Counted from the stretch's first letter, positions 40,571 to 54,495 are shown. The stretch: 64,000 nucleotides of DNA from Chiloscyllium plagiosum (GCF_004010195.1 NC_057718.1:13433549-13497548), one strand, 5' to 3'. Notes: a model not told the origin generated them from the sequence alone. A program made the numbers and translations.

Positions 40571-42334
40571 TCATGTGTTTAAGTCCTACCTGCTCCAGAA
40601 GGGTGTAATAACATCTCTGAACAGGTTGATCAGAAAAATAGGTTAAATTGAAAAAAAATCCATCAAGTTCACAAATATTGCTTATAGAAGGAAGTTGCTA
40701 TCCTTCCCTCATCTGGCCTAAATGTGAGTCCAGACCTACAGCAATATGGTTGATTCTTAATTGCGTTCTAGGCAATAAATGCTGGCCTAGTCAGTGATGC
40801 CCATATCCGATGAATGGATTAAAAAGAAGACACCAGTCAGAGAATCGTTGAATCACAGAAGTGTTACAGCATATAAAATGAGGCCATTTCGCCTTTCATG
40901 TCTGCAAATGAGCAATGCACCAAGTGCATCCCCATAACCCTGTATATTAGTCCTTTTCAAAAAATAGTAATTAATTGCTTTAACTGAACCGGTGACCACT
41001 CCTTGGCAACATATTTCAGATCTCAACCACTTGCTCCGTGAAAATGTTTCTTATGCAGCCAGTACTACTTTTGCTCATTGACTTAAATCTATGCTGTTCT
41101 ATTCTCAAGCCCGCTATCACTGGGAACAAGTCTTCCTTAGTTACTCTGTCTAAATCTTTTATGATTTTGAATATGTCATCCTAATCTCCTCTTACCCATC
41201 TCTTCTCTAAGATGATCAGCTCAAACCTCACTAACCTTCCTCTATAATTAAAGTTTCTCATCTCTGAAATCATTCTTATGAATTTTATGCACTCTGAATT
41301 GGACACAAAGCTCCAGCTCAGGACAAATTAGTAGCTATTATAGGATTAATATAACTTTATTGCTCTTGCACTCATGACTGTATTAGTAAAAACTAGGATA
41401 CTGTATGCTTTATCAAACTATTCTCTCAACCTGTTCTTCCACCTTGCATCTCTGCAACTACATCTCCTCTGGAAATGTATATTTCCTTTTATATTCACCC
41501 GGAGTTCTTCCTATTAAAATTAATCACTTCACCATTTGCTGCAATGAATTCCATTTGCCACGTCTGCCCCATTCTGCCAATTTTCTTTTGAACTTCTATA
41601 CTATTCTCTCAACAGTTCACAATTCCAAATTTTATATCATCCACAATTTTTGCAATTGTGTTACATACATCAGTGTATCTGTACACAGTGTATCTATCGG
41701 GAAAAATAAAGGTTTCAACACTAATCCCAGGGAACTCCACAACAAGCCTTTGCTCAACCAAAAAAAGTTCATTAATTATTACATTACTACTATTTCCTGT
41801 CACTCAGCCACTTTCATAACCAGTGTTTACACTTGAAAAGCATTTCATTCTACAAAAAGCCTTGAAATATCCTGAAGTGGTGAAGGCATTATATTAATGT
41901 AAGTCTTCATTTTCACAAGTGTGTTCATATCCCATTCACTTTCCTGGCACGTCTCCAATAACGTGCATTGCTTGACATTGTCACACTTGAAACACTGGAT
42001 ACTGACACCACTTCACTGTGTGCTTTTTGTGGCTAAGTGCCACCAGTAGCACTTGTTTTAGAGATTATTATTCTGAATTTAGCTTTGAACACATGGCTTT
42101 CACTGTCAGTTTTTATCAAGACACAGCGAGGACATGCAAGTCAAGAAAGCAGTTTTGTAGTAACTACATTTGAATGGGAATGATAAAGCATAGTTACTTG
42201 CTTAATGATAAACCTTCTCTTGCGTGGCAGATTTAAAGCCAATGGAAATGAAACCTTTGATATTAGAAGGAATTCTGCAATATGACAGAAGGCAAAATTA
42301 CCTGTATTCTTTAAAGCTGAGAAAAGTAATTTCA

Positions 42335-43000
42335 TTGAAGCTTTTCATCTATGTTTATCAGGACAATTGCAAGAATATCCAATAAATGGGAGAAATATTT
42401 TCATACTGTATGAGAAGAACATACTGATAAATTGGCAAGTGGACTGTCAATGGCAGAAGCAATGTCATGCAAAATATACCAGCTAGATGATGACTGTCAG
42501 CAACCACCAATATTTGTTTAAATTTAAATCAATCTAATTAAGACATTCACCTGAGGACTGAACCAGAGAATGAATGCCACCCATTTTATTCCATTGGAAC
42601 AGGAGCAAGAGCAGTGTGTGAACATGGTCTTTCTGTCCATAAAGTACTGCACTTGCGCATTAATATGCAGTTTTCAACAAGTACATGTGCCACACTGTGA
42701 GCCTAACTGACCATCTGAAACTGGTTGTCGTCATAATTCTTAGCACAGTAGTGTTTATTTACAGAAATGTTGCTCAATCATGGGAATAAATGTCATACTA
42801 CATACCATAATTTGAGTTTTGTAAGCATGGTCTTGTTAAATACTGCATGTACCTGGTTTGTTACAAACAGCCGATGGGACATGCTGTTTGATACTATGAG
42901 CCGCCAGTCTTTGGGATGCACAGCCTAGACACCTATCATCACAGGCGCACTGAAATTCGCAAACAATGCTTGAAAAACCTAAAGCACAATGTCCAACATT
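42335..43000 (-). mobile_element. Decayed Penelope-like element (GIY-YIG remnant plus tail)
   Basis: Minus ORF SIVCEFQCACDDRCLGCASQRLAAHSIKQHVP resembles a decayed VVYEFQCxCDxxYVGRTSQRLxxRIKQHVP; tail has decayed core gtcctgataa...gaaaagcttc. Confidence 0.7.
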
Positions 43001-44339
43001 GGATGCTGACCAATGTTTGAACAATATTTGAAACAGGCACAGTGTGTCTACACGTTTTTTCCCGTGTGCAAATAACTATGCCTCATGTATTAATATGTAG
43101 TCTGCCATAGCCAAATTGTACCAACTGTTCCCCGAAAACCACGCGCTAACATTTCTGCCCTTGGTCTGCTATAGTGTTCCAATGATGCTCAACGCAAGCT
43201 GGAAGAACAACATCTAATTTGCAGCTCTATTTAACAGTCTCTAATACTCAAAGTTGAGTCATAAAACTGGAAAATATGACTTTTCTACTCGATCTTTCTT
43301 ACGTACTGATGAGTGCAAGCTGAAAAACTTCAACAAAAGTTGTAATTTTCAGTAACACTCAAACCATAGAATTGTTGCTATGTAAAAGGAGGCCATTTGG
43401 CTCGTACCATCGGGACTAGTTCCTTGCACACGTTGACTTAGTGCCAATCTCCGGTCTCTTTCCTGTATTTTGCATGTTGTTTTTATTTAAATAACCATCC
43501 AATTCTCTCTTAAAAGCTTCAATTAAACCCACCTCTGCTACACTTGCAGGCAGCGCATTTCAGAATCTAATCACCTGCTGTGTGAAAAAGTTCTCTCTCA
43601 GCTCCAAAATACTTTAAAATTGCATCCTCTAGGTCGTGATCCTTTCATAAGCAGAAACAATTTCTCCATATCTACACTGTGGAATTCTGTACTTCCAAAC
43701 AACTATACATTTTTTGTCTTGAAAACATTTTTGGCAAACTTATTCTTGCTTCAGAGGAAGAAACAGTAGATTTTGGCATCACTTCATAATAACTTCTCAG
43801 GAAAGACAGTACATCAGTATTACATTCAGGCATCTCAACGTTCTGCATTCATGTACTATTTGTTTATCTGCAAATTTAAAACAAGGTATAGATTCTCAAG
43901 TTATAAAATCAAATGCAATTAGATAACATGTTTTGTCTAAGATTCTATTTAATTGAGAAATGAAAAATCCAGGAGCTCTCAGGCATCACTGCAGGTGCAA
44001 ACCTAACACTCATTGAGAGAGTGGCCAACTTCACAATTCAAATTTCTTGAATGTCATTCACTCCACATGATTAAATTGGTTATATAATGTCATGCTACAT
44101 CTGTAATGAAACCCCAAACTGCCTGCCTTTATCACAGAATGTGGATTCTAAGGCTGTTATGGATTAAGGAGATCTTCAGAGAATGGAAGTCTACTGCTTA
44201 ACAAACTAGAGTTCAATTATAAGATGATTGCAATGACGAAAATGTACAATTCTTATTCATTGTAAAATAACATGTTCTGTTAGGCATCGTCTACCTTTAT
44301 ATCCCAGTGTAAGAAAGCCTCCTGCATGTTTTTTTTCCT

Positions 44340-44669
44340 CTTTATTCATTCTAGGGATAAGGATGTCGCTGGCCAGGCAGCATTACCTACACCTAATTGG
44401 CAGTTAAGAGTCAACCACATTGTTGGGTCTGGAGTCACATGTAGGCCAGACTAAGTAAGGGTGGCAGTTTTCTTCCCTAAAGGACAATAGTGAACCAGAT
44501 GGGATTATTCAACAATCAACAATGGATTAATGGTCTTCATTAGATTCATAATCCCAGTAATTTATTGAATTCAAATTCCACCATCTGCCACAGTGGGATT
44601 TGAACCCAGTTGCCAGAACGTTACCTGGATCTCTGGATTAACAGTCCAGCAATAATACCATGACGCCAT
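44340..44669 (-). mobile_element. tRNA-derived SINE
   Basis: Minus strand B box ggttcaaatccc; same family as 4380-4570 and 11650-11900. Confidence 0.8.
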
Positions 44670-46128
44670 TCCACAGAGGTCTAGGGTACACCTGATCAGG
44701 TCCTGGGGGGTTTTCCACCTTTATGCGTTTCAAGATTAAGTAAATTTAAAGTGATAAATTTTACATCATTTCCAAGCTTCCAACACTGACCCTAGTGTCT
44801 GAGACATTCTTGGACTGACTTCGGTAACAAAACTCTATCCACTGGAATATTAAACTTTCTCGATAATCACCACAGATGTGTATGGGCTGAGTCTTCAACT
44901 GGAACCCAAAACATAACTTTGACAAATGTCTCAATATTCACTACTGTTGTCAACAGAAGACTGTCTAAACTTTAAAAATTCTATTAAATATTTCAATCCT
45001 CATTGATGTGTTATTTTATTCACTTAGATGTTTTGCATTCGCAAGTTGAACATAGATACATAATTTAGGCACTTGCCTGTTCCTCACAGGCTTTAAGCAC
45101 AAATGAGTTTTTAAAATAACATTTCAACTCACACTATAGCATTTTAAATTGACCTGCACAGATTCAATTCTACACTCTTAGAAATCAAATTTCACTTTCT
45201 TTCCCACGGCCAGACATTCATAACTAAAACAAACATACTGCAGCAGATTGACATTGTATGACTGCTCTCCTGTCAGTTATTCTTCAGATGTCATTAATAC
45301 TGATTACCCACTCTAAAGTACTAAGTTCCATTGTATCAATACTTAAGTGTGACACAGATCAAGCCAAAAGTTGATGAATCAGTCTATTTCTTGAGAGGTG
45401 CTTGTAACTGTCAGAATGCTGCAGTGCCAACATCAACATTGTTCATGTTTACGAATGCAAAACTACCACGTATTGATAACTGGCATCCTAACTAATCCCC
45501 ACTCCACCTTTACGAGATTTCCAAAATACTTAAATGAGCATTTTAAAATATCCTGTCTCCAGCTAAGCTGCTTGTTTTTGGAACTCCAAAGCAACCCAGT
45601 TCATGTTCCCAAATGCACCTTCCAACACTACAAAATAAAACTGCAGCAATGTGGAGCTCGAACACTCATTGCTAATCATTTAATGTCTATGATGTATCTC
45701 TGCACATGCAATATTCTGTCAGTATATTTAAAGTTTTCCGACAGGATGTTTCATAAAACTGCACTTTGGAAGGCTTTACTAATGTTAATTAGAACAAAAC
45801 CAGCATAGAACTAATGTAGCAAAACCTTAAAAGGAATCATCCAAAATTTATAAACACACATTATATATAAAAACTAGAATTCAAAAAAATACAGAAATAT
45901 AATGCAAGTCCTATCACTCTTCAGAAAGCCAATACCATTATTTTCCATATAAAATTAGTTTAATTACGTCATTTAGAGATTCACATTTGTGTTTAATGGC
46001 TGAAAACCAGAATTCTTTTAAAGCCAGAAGTAAATGACAAAGATCAAATGTAATTGTTAATTTTACCCACTAAAGATGGTCAAAAGAGCACTAGCAATAT
46101 ATCTTGTGTATCGGTCAGCTCTATAAAT

Positions 46129-46410
46129 GGGTGACATGGTGGCTCAGTGGTTAGCAATGCAACCTCAAAACACAAGGGATTGGGGTTTGATATCTGATTT
46201 GGGTGACTGTATGGAGTTTGCATGTTCTCCCCCTGCCTGCATGACTGGCTTTGTGGAGTTTGCACATTCTCCCCATGTCTGTGTGACTGGCAGTATGGAA
46301 CTTGCATGTTCTCTCAATCTGCATGACTGTCCGTGTGAAGTCTGCATGTTCTTGCCACGCTTGCTTGGGTTTCCACCGGGTATTCCAGATTTCTGCCACA
46401 GTCCAAAGAT
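46129..46410 (+). mobile_element. HE1-like SINE 5' part with four-copy internal ~40-bp tandem expansion
   Basis: atggtggctcagtggttagca head; units begin tgactg at 46204, 46242, 46284 and 46324; ends ccacagtccaaagatg. Confidence 0.85.
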
Positions 46411-48126
46411 GGAGCCACAGAAAATGGGAGAGATACTAAACAAGTATTTTAAATCAGTATTTCCTGTGGAAAAGAACATGGAAGATATAGAATGTAGGGA
46501 AATAGATGGCAACATCTTGAAAAATTTCCATATTATAGAGGAGGAAGTGCTGGATGTCTTGAAACGCATAAAGATGGAAAAATCCCCAGGACCTGATCAG
46601 GTGTACCCTAGACCTCTGTGGAATGCTAGGGAAATGATTGCTAGACTCCTTGCTGAGATATTTGTATCATCGATAGTCACAGGTGAGGTGCCGGAAGATG
46701 AGAGGTTGGCTAACGTGGTGTCACTGTTTAAGAAGGGTGGTAAGGACAAGCCAGGGAACTATGTAGACCAGCGAGCCTGACGTTGGTGATGGGCAAGTTG
46801 TTGGAGGGAATTCTGAGGGACAGGATGTACATGTATTTGGAAAGGCAAGGACTGATTAGGGATAGTAAACATGGCTTTGTGCGTGGGGAATCATGTTTCA
46901 CAAACTTAATTGAGTTTTTTGAAGAAGTAACAAAGAGGATTGATGAGGGCAGAGCGATGTACGTGATCTATATGGACTTCAGTAAGGCAGTCAACAAGGT
47001 TCCCCATGGGAGACTAGTTAGCAAGGTTAGATCTCATGGAAAACAGGGAGAACTAGCCATTTGGATACAGAACTGGCTCGAAGGTAGAAGACAGAGGATG
47101 GTGGTGGAGGGTTGCTTTTCAGACTGGAGACCTGTGGCCAGTGGAGTGCCACAAGGATGGATGCTGGCTCCATTACTTTTCTTCATTTATATAAATGATT
47201 TGGATGTGAATGTAGGAGGTACAGTTAGTAAGTTTGCAGATGACACCAAAATTGAAGATGTAGTGGACAGCGAAGAAGGTTACCTCAGATCTCAAAGGGA
47301 TCTTGATCAGATGGGCCAATGGGCTGAGGAGTGGCACATGGAGTTTAGTTTAGATAAATGCAGGATGCTTCATTTTGGGAAGGCAAGTCTTAGTAGGACT
47401 TATACACTTAATGGTAAGGTCCTAGGGAGTGTTGCTGAACAAAGAGACCTTGGAGTGCAGGTTCATAGCTCCTTGAAAGTGGAGCCGCAGATAGATAGGA
47501 CAGTGAAGGCGGCGTTTGGTATGCTTTCCTTTATTGGTCCAAGTATTGAGTATAGGAGATGGGAGGTCATGTTGCGGCTGTACAGGACATTTTAGGCCAC
47601 GTTTGGAGTATTGCGTGCAGTGCTGGTCTCCTTTTTATTGGAAGGATGTTGTGAAGCTTGAAAGGGTTCAGAAAAGAGTTACAAGGAACTTGCCAGGGTT
47701 GAAGGATTTGAGCTAAAAGGTGATGCTGAACAGGCTGGGGCTGTTGTCCCTCGAGCATCGAAGGCTGAGGGCTGACCTCATAGAGGGGCATGGATAGGAT
47801 AAATAGACAAAGTCTTTTCCCTGGGGTCGGGGAGTCCAGAACTAGAAGGCATAGATTTAGGGTGAGTGGGGAAAGATATAAAAGAGACCTACGGGGCAAT
47901 GTTTTCATGCAGGTGGTGCGTGTATGGAATGAGCTGCCAGAGGAAGTGGCGGAGGCTGGTACAATTGCAACATTTAAAAGGTATCTGGATGGGTACATGA
48001 ATAGGAAGGGTTTAGGGGGATATGGGCCAAGTGCTGGCAAATGGAACTAGATTAGATTGGGTTTTGGTTGGCATAGGCGAGTTGGACCAAAGCATCTGTT
48101 TCCGCGATGTACATCTCTATGACTCT
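46411..48126 (+). mobile_element. 5'-truncated, relatively young CR1/HER1-like LINE (RT domain; frameshifted)
   Basis: KSPGPDQ, KKGGKDKPGNY, YMDFSKAVNKVPH, SGVPQG, SKFADDTKI, VRVWNELPEEV across four ORF pieces; tail tacatctctatgactct. Confidence 0.96.
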
Positions 48127-48334
48127 TGGTCCGAATTCTCCTTCCAAGTGCAACAGTGATTACATTTCTTTCAATTCAGTGTACTGCATTCACTATTCCC
48201 AAAATAATCTCCTCTACATTAGCAAGATTAAAGAAAGGCTGCTTTGCAGACCACGTCATTACAATCCATAAGTGTGACCTCAAGCCTATACAGTAGTTAC
48301 TTTCCATTTTAAGTGTCTGTCCTATTCTGGTCAT

Positions 48335-48770
48335 TCTATCCTTGGCCTCCAACAGTGTTCAAGTGAAGTTCAACACAAGCTCAAGGAACTTAATTTTCAA
48401 CTCGACATTTTACAGCCTTCAGGGCTCAATACTGAGTTCAAAAAGTTTAGAAATTAAGCCCTGGTCCCACTTTTGCTTTGTGTTTTTCTCTCTCTGGTTT
48501 ATCTCATTTAATTTTCTTTCAGATGGCAGCTATTCGGGATCCTGCCATTCACACCTCTTTTCGATGCATTCTTATTTTTTCTCACCATTCTTTCTTTGCT
48601 TTTTAAAAAATTTATCATGATTCTAACCTTTCCTAGATCTGATTCAAGGTCACAGATCTCAAGTGCCAACATTGTTTCTCTCTCCCCAGATGTTTTCAGA
48701 CCTGCTGAGTATTTCCAACATTTTATTCTTATTTCAAATTTCCAGAAACCACAATATTTTGCTTTAAGCA
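48335..48770 (+). mobile_element. Decayed Penelope-like 3' end
   Basis: Similar to 43150-43260; resembles the coding sequence of a PLE C-terminus (QRKLEEQHLIF-like); tail cagacctgctgagtatttccaaca shared with many short repeats here. Confidence 0.55.
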
Positions 48771-49465
48771 TTAAGCTGAATTCCTTACTCCTACCCAATA
48801 CAGACTGCTACCTTTCTAGTTAATGAAAGCTACTACGTTAAATTCCCACAGGTTTCAGTAATAGAATGAAACTGAAATTGTGCCTCATTTCATTGAGATT
48901 CTATCTGTTCATCTACCATTTCATCTTGATCGATTAACATGGATACTCTCTGAACTGATATATGAGTTATGAGCATCTTAGGTGACAATAAAGACACCCA
49001 TTTCCGAAACTATACGTAAGTTGATCAGACCTTATCAAGCCTTGTAGTGATATCTTTACTGCTAAGGTACAGGGTAGGCCATTTAGGATTGAGATGAGGA
49101 GTGGTTTCTTCCTCACAGAGTGTCACAGAAAGTGATTAAGGCCAAAACACTGAATGTTTTTAAGGAATTGGATACAGTTCTTAGGGCTACAGATATCAAA
49201 GGATAAGGGGAGAAAGTGGGAATAACGTACTGAGCAAGATGATCAGCCATTATCATATTGAGTGGCTGACCAGGCTTGAAAGGCCGTATGATATACTCCT
49301 GTTCCTATTTGCTAAGTGTGAAGGGGCAAGATTCTAATATTGCAGGGATAACCAGATGGCCTACATTCAAGTCCACTTCCATGCCTATATCTGCAGTATG
49401 GAACCAGGTTTTCATTTCTGATCTGTGAAATCAAAGAAGTAATAAACATTGAACTGTGCACCCAC

Positions 49466-49590
49466 CTCAATGACTGATAGCCACTGTTCAGCAGAAACAC
49501 TGAGGGCCTGAAACTGTTTGTCATTCACACAATGCATGTTGTTTACAACCAGTGCAGAAGCCCCAAATATCTCACTAGTCCGACATAAAC
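49466..49590 (-). CDS. TARBP1: TARBP1 coding exon (SpoU motif 1 with conserved Arg)
   Basis: (G)[41 protein letters not shown]; acceptor tttttcccag, donor GAG|GTGGGT; 125 nt, phase 1 in, phase 0 out, compatible with both neighbours. Confidence 0.96.
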
Positions 49591-49959
49591 CTGGGAAAAA
49601 ACAGCAGGCATCAACCAGCAGGTTAACAACACAACACTCAAAAATAATAGACATTGCAAGTATGGGAGAGGGAATATTTAATTACCTGCTTTCAGCTCAC
49701 CTCTATTGAAGCATCAAAAATAAAAAGCTATGCAAAAAGCCTGAGAAAACTAAAAAAGCGGTCAGATGTTTACATTACATTAAATTCAAGAATTTCTTGA
49801 AAGCCAACATATGGTTCTTAAGTTATTTCAGACAAATTACACTTGCAAGGGAGGGGCATATTGCACTGAAGTACAAACAGTGTGCCTCAGGCAAAGCTTG
49901 ATTCCTCATTCTACAAGTTCCTGACTTCGAGCATATTGCTTTAGGCAAGAAGAGTAAAT

Positions 49960-50345
49960 AACTTGCATTCCATTGTGATTTTCAAGACCTCAGGTGCTCA
50001 AAAATGCTCTCCAGCCATTTAAATACTGTTGAAGTGTAGTCACTTTGTACTTAAGAAATGTAGCATCCAATTGGCACACAGCAATGTTCTACAAACACAG
50101 ATGTGATAACAACCAGATCATTTGTTTCAGTTCTTTTGTCAGATGAATTTTGGCCAAGATACAAAGATCTCCTTTGCTCTTCTTTGAAGCTGTCTCATGA
50201 GAACTTTCACATCCACCCAAAAGAGCAGATACTTGCTAGTTTAAGACCTCATCCAAAAACTGCACCTTTGATAACGTAATACTCCTTCAGTGTTGCAATG
50301 TAGTGCCAGCCTAGATTGTGAGCTCACATTTGCCTTAAACCTGCA
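49960..50345 (-). mobile_element. Deu-domain SINE (SacSINE1/AmnSINE-like)
   Basis: atgtgataacaaccagatca...ctttcacatccacc...agcaga...ctcatccaaaa...gcacc resembles the reverse Deu domain. Confidence 0.65.
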
Positions 50346-50745
50346 ACGTTTTATGTTGGAGACATGAATGAAATATTGAGCATTGGACATATGTTCTCCA
50401 TGGTTTGGTTATAGAGCAAAGTTTGATCAGGCAGTTATTTGTGCATATTCATAATGATAGAGACACATGGGAGCAGATCTTCCCTTTCTCTTAACTACAA
50501 CTAGTAAGTTGGATGGGAGACCTAACAACAGAGATAAATGCCACAATAACAAAAAATAGGAAATCTTACAACTCTTACTTACTCCTTAACTTTGCAATAA
50601 GTTGTAAGAAATATCAATTTTAAAAAGGGATTTCCCATAAAGAAAGAAAAAATACTTTAACGAACCTCCCAATATCTGCATAAAGCACTAGGTACTGAAA
50701 TATCATTGCACTTTAAGAGCAGGTTTGTACATTATTGTGCAGATG

Positions 50746-51197
50746 CAGAAGAGCTACAGGGAGAGGCTGAACAGGCTGAGGCAGTTTTCCCTGGAGAGCC
50801 GGACACTGAGGGGTGACCTTATAGAGGTTTACAAAATTATGAGGAGCATGGATAGGATAAATAGACAAAGTATTTTCCCTGGGGTCGGGGAGTCCAGAAC
50901 TAGAGGGCATAGGTTTAAGGTGAGAGGGGAAAGATATAAGGGGTAATTAAGACCTAAGGGGCAACTTTTTCACGCAGAGGGTGGTACGTGTATGGAATGA
51001 GCTGCCAGAGGATGTGGTGGAGGCTGGTACAACTGCAACATTTAAGAGACATTTAGATGGGTATATGAATAGGAAGGGTTTGGAGGGATATGGGACGGGT
51101 GTTGGCAGGTGGGACGAGATTGGATTGGGATGTCTGGTCGGCGTGGACGGGTTGGACCGAAGGGTCTGTTTCCATGCTGTACATCTCTATGACTCTA
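50746..51197 (+). mobile_element. CR1/HER1-like LINE 3' fragment
   Basis: SYRERLNRL...LRGDLIEVYKIM...RTRGHRFKV; highly similar to 47710-48126, with the same tail. Confidence 0.93.
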
Positions 51198-53439
51198 AGT
51201 AACACAAATGTAATGGTTGAAGGAATTTTTATGAGCCATTGTGCTCCAAGGCTCGTGCACATTTTTTACTCACTAACAAATTTTCCTTTTGTCTTGTCAA
51301 GTCATTATTTCTTTTGTTCTACAGGCACCAAATAAGTGGGTAATAAACAATCATGAGGTCTGATAGTCGAGTTTCAGCAGGTTATTCAGCAGGTTGAGCA
51401 CCAAAGCCAACATTAAAATTTACACTCATCATTCTTCAATAAGGATAAGCAGCCAAAACATGCCAATTTTCACTTGCATAACCAAGGGAAAGCAAGGAAT
51501 ATTGTAGCATTCGTACCATTGCACTGGCTGGAAACAGATGAACCACTAGAAAAACAACAAAATCCAAACATTCCGATTGTGCATGACTCAGCCACTCAAT
51601 AAAGAAGCTGACTAAATAACTGGGAAAACTTATTAGAGCCAAATTTCTAAAATGTGAAGACATTTTCAATGTTCAATGTATTATAACTTCATTTAAACAC
51701 AATGATTGCTGACAGCAGAGGGTTAAAAAAAAGTCAGGGGTGACATGCCTGACTTAAAACTGTAAACACTTTGAGAGTGATTTTAAAGATACATTTGGAG
51801 CAAACAATGCAGTTCATATGTCCACAATAAAACAATATCACCTAACATGTAATTAGAGAGATATTTGTTGAATAAAATTTAATCCAACACAACACATCAA
51901 CAGGTCTTTTTTTTAAAACGGGAAGTGCAAAGCTAAATAAATAATGAGAAGATTACAAGATTACGTTTTAACAATTTGTTCAGAATGTGGGCATCACTGG
52001 CTAGATCAATATTTATTGCCTATCCCAAACTTCCCAAAGGGCAGTTCAGAGTCAACCACTTGCTGCATTCCTTCTGGAGTCACATCTATGTAACCAAATA
52101 CAAAATAAACTACAGATTGCTCAATGCAGCAGATATAAATGGCAGCTTTAAAAAATCTTTATACTATGATAAAGCAATCACCTCAAAAGTTAACAGAATT
52201 GCAAAGTTAATTCCTAAAATTTCAGAACATCAGTTATCTGAATTAAACCCAAAACAGAATGCCTAAAATTAAATCAGATAGATTAAAAGTGCACCGAACT
52301 GTGGCAAAGCTATTCACATCTGGAAATTCAATCAATTCAATTCAGAGCTTTACAAGTGTTTCAATGAAGAACTGGCAACTGCAGCAGGAACACTTTTTTC
52401 TTATCCAGAAATAGAACACTATGATTTTAATTGTCTAGTGTCATACAATTTGAAATGTTTATTTCTCCTATGAAAAATGTAATGATTTAATACACATCGC
52501 TGGATTTTTAAATGCTTATTTCATACTCGGGAGCAGGAACTCATTACTATAGTTTGTAGTAAATGGAAGTTGATTAAAAAAATGAAATGACCAAAAAAAA
52601 AAGGAAAAAAAGAGATTTTTTTAGATCAAGCTAAAGGAACAACAACTGCAAAAATAAGCTGCTTCTTGATTTGTTCAATGACTTCCTTAGATTTCTGGAT
52701 CCCATTTGGAGGCAGATACGATTGGGGCGTTGAAGAGACTTTTAGATAAACACATGAATATGCAAGAAATGGAGGGCTATGGACCAAGGGCAGGCAGAAG
52801 GGATTAGTTTAATTTGTCGTCATTTTCGGCAAAACATTGTGGGCCTAAGGGCCCATTCCTGTGCTGTATTGTTTCATGTTCTGTTTGTCACCCACTTTTC
52901 CCCCAACATTTGCTGCACATTTACACCTGGACATCAAACCGAGATTCCCAGTTCAAATGGGAGGGAACAGCCGTATTTTGACTGGTTTTGGACTTCATTC
53001 ATCACAAAAAATAATTTGGTCACAGATCTTGAAGAAATAACATTAAGCAAGGATATTCAATTTTTGATTATGATAAAAACATAGGAAACAGTGGGACAGG
53101 CAAGCAATATGGACCTTTAGAATGCTCTGCCATTTAATATGTTTAAGGCTGAACTTCTACAACTCTACTTTGTGCTTTATTTATTTGGAAGACACAGTAG
53201 GGATGGGAGAGGCAGAGGATAAACTGATACTGGAACAACAGCCCTTCCTGAACTGTTTCAAGATTTGCCTGTCGTTTCTATATCGACATATAGAAACATT
53301 AATTGACGAACCAAAAACATGGAGTGACATGATGCAGCTTAGTATTTTTGCTGCCACAAATTCAAAAGCTGGAGCCAATAGTGGCAGGACTTCTACATTC
53401 TGTTCATTTAGAAAAAAATTCCTGCTAAAAAAAAGACTA

Positions 53440-53775
53440 ATTCTTGGACATAGTGGATGCTGGGAGGATGTTTCCATTGACAGGAGAGACTACGGCCCAA
53501 GAACATAGCCTTAGAGTAAAGGAAAAACCTTTTACAATGGAGATAAGGAGCTAGAGAGTGGTGAATCTATGGAATTCACTGCCACAGAATGATGTGGAGG
53601 CCAGGTCATTGAGTATATTTAAGATAGATAGGTTCTTGATTGTAAAGGGGAACAAGGATTATGGGGAGAAAGCAGAAGAATGGGGTTGAGAAATTTATCA
53701 GCCATGATTGAATGGCAGAGCAGATCTGATGGGCTGAAGGGTCTAATTTCTGCTCCTATGTCTAATGGTCTTATG
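53440..53775 (+). mobile_element. CR1-like 3' fragment
   Basis: agagtggtgaatctatggaattc and a 3' UTR similar to 63880-64000. Confidence 0.75.
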
Positions 53776-54300
53776 GTGTGTTTGTGCAGGAGCTGGATTG
53801 ACCAAATGATAATTCTAACCAGAAAGCTCCAATTTTGAGCACAAACAAGGTACTGAAATCCTGCATTATATGGACCAACCACCGTGGACAAAATAAACTT
53901 ATCTATCTCACTTAATACTAACATCAGATATGATTTAATCTCCTCATGCCGAAGAAAGAGTGTGACCAAACAATAGCTGCTGCATACGTGATGTTCCCTT
54001 TCATGCCCTGGCATTTATTATGGAGGCATGAACAACAACAAATTAATAAAACAAAACCAAAACAAAAAAGTCAAAGCATCACATGTCAGGGACCAGTAGG
54101 TAGGCGGATTTGCTCTTCAGTAAGCAATTTAACTTCTTCATGTCTTTCATCTCCTCCCTCACAAAGGTATAAAAATAAATGCGCCAACATGGATGCAAGA
54201 AACCTAAGGCACAAACTGAACCCAAAGCTCTGGGTAGGATGATACGTGCACTGAAAAACAACAGAGAAGAATACTTTTGAAACATAAAATATATCCTCAC

Positions 54301-54495
54301 CTCCCAGGTTAGTAGACTTGTCAATAAGTGATGCCACTATAATTAGATTGCTAACAGATGATTTTCCAAAGTTTGTGATTTGTTGCTGACAGATCAGTTC
54401 CAGGTCTTTATCCGGGACGCTATTCTTCCATGGCATTATCTTCTTTTGTATATCGGTCCACTCAATATCTTGACTTACTTCAATGTGGTCAGAAC
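54301..54495 (-). CDS. TARBP1: TARBP1 internal coding exon (start of SpoU/SPOUT domain)
   Basis: Translates (G)SDHIEVSQDIEWTDIQKKIMPWKNSVPDKDLELICQQQITNFGKSSVSNLIIVASLIDKSTNLG(G), matching the remembered vertebrate TARBP1 'WTDxQKKIxPW...LIVVASLIDKPTNLGG'. Acceptor tttaacag, donor G|GTGAGG; 195 nt, phase 1 at both ends. Confidence 0.95.

Noticed and set aside
46204..46365. Repeat array resembling CRISPR
   Set aside because: Contiguous diverged units without unique spacers, inside a eukaryotic SINE; no cas genes.
46783..47595. 270-aa ORF as a functional gene
   Set aside because: It is a frameshift-bounded piece of a 5'-truncated CR1 ORF2 lacking the endonuclease.
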